32,000 nucleotides of DNA from Methanothermus fervidus DSM 2088 (GTDB lineage: Archaea; Methanobacteriota; Methanobacteria; DSM-2088; Methanothermaceae): the NCBI GenBank assembly GCA_000166095.1, contig CP002278.1:360001-392000 (forward strand), written 5' to 3'. The notes beneath the pieces are model-generated. The model did not search any database, was not told where the DNA came from, and saw only the letters and a program-made list of their open reading frames with translations. The position numbers and the translations under genes were made by a program. Positions 31,500-32,000 of this stretch are shown piece by piece (positions within the stretch are counted from its first letter, which is position 1; each line of letters begins with the position of its first letter).

Positions 31500-32000
31500 T
31501 TACACCCCTAATGTAAATGAATTAAATAATATTACATCACATTCTTCACCTTTATATATACCTTCAACATTTTCATCCACTACTATATAACAGTTTGCTT
31601 TCACCATAGATCTTATTATACCAGAGCCTTTACTTAAAATTGGTGTAACATATTTGTCATCTGCAATGCCTCTAACAAAAGTTGTTCTTCCCAGGCTTGA
31701 TATTATCTTCTTCTTTGTTATTCTTTTAACTATTTGATGTTCAAAATCTATGCCTTGCATCCTAAGGAGGTAAGGTCTTACAAAAATATCAAATTGTACC
31801 ATTGCAGCCACTGGATATCCTGAAAGCATGAAAATAGGTGTACCATCAATTTTTCCAAATGCCATGGCTTTTCCTGGTTGTATTGCAGTGCCATGGAAAA
31901 ATACTTTACCAATCTCATCTACAGTGTCTACAACAATGTCACTTTCACTCACTGCGGTTCCACCAGTAGTTATTATTAAGTCATATTTTTCTTTAGCTTC
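31500..32000 (-). CDS. moeA: Molybdopterin molybdenumtransferase MoeA, C-terminal part (5' end beyond window)
   Basis: The frame stays open to the right window edge. DLIITTGGTAVSESD, IQPGKAMAFG and SGYPVAAM match MoeA domains III and IV. Confidence 0.85.
   Translation of the reverse strand, partial: EAKEKYDLIITTGGTAVSESDIVVDTVDEIGKVFFHGTAIQPGKAMAFGKIDGTPIFMLSGYPVAAMVQFDIFVRPYLLRMQGIDFEHQIVKRITKKKIISSLGRTTFVRGIADDKYVTPILSKGSGIIRSMVKANCYIVVDENVEGIYKGEECDVILFNSFTLGV

Overview
The window is a very AT-rich, tightly packed stretch of core archaeal chromosome, and the gene content points to a methanogen. It carries coenzyme M genes (comC, comD, comE), the methanopterin GTP cyclohydrolase MptA, the F420 FO-synthase subunit CofG and a NifH-like CfbC candidate for F430. 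It also carries HypA/HypB, archaeal PurP, aCPSF1/FttA, proteasome beta, and an Sm plus L37e pair. Two GC-rich tRNAs with almost all-G:C stems sit in the roughly 30% GC background, which suggests a thermophile. A Methanobacteriales or Methanothermus-like source is my inference, not a database result.

I call 37 protein genes (two truncated by the window edges) and 2 tRNAs, Leu-GAG and Ala-GGC. They form a few long co-oriented arrays:
- Plus strand: Sm, L37e, Toprim protein, purF, U32, cfbC.
- Plus strand: DUF167, larC, queC.
- Minus strand: psmB, aCPSF1, purM, comC, comD, comE, pycB.
- Minus strand: lrp, HDAC-like, hyp225, mptA, hyp149, cofG.
- Minus strand: moeA, M50 protease, nox, nfi, tRNA-Ala.

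Many junctions are start/stop overlaps. Every convergent junction has 2 nt of spacer or less, or an outright overlap. Several starts are GTG or TTG preceded by a GAGGTG-type Shine-Dalgarno (SD) sequence.

I found no CRISPR array, transposase, integrase, prophage or recognisable defence module, and I cannot point to a clear novel multi-gene system. The best leads are single uncharacterised genes in informative contexts:
- a Toprim protein with a tyrosine-heptad coiled coil, coupled to Sm/L37e;
- two unknown proteins wedged between mptA and cofG;
- a secreted protein with a caspase/gingipain-like His...Cys arrangement;
- a GIY-YIG (DUF123) and DUF371 head-to-head pair whose DUF371 3' end runs antisense into tRNA-Leu;
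- U32-cfbC and DUF167-larC-queC translational coupling;
- an unusually long 361 bp non-coding gap.

All functional calls come from motif recognition by eye. No searches were run.
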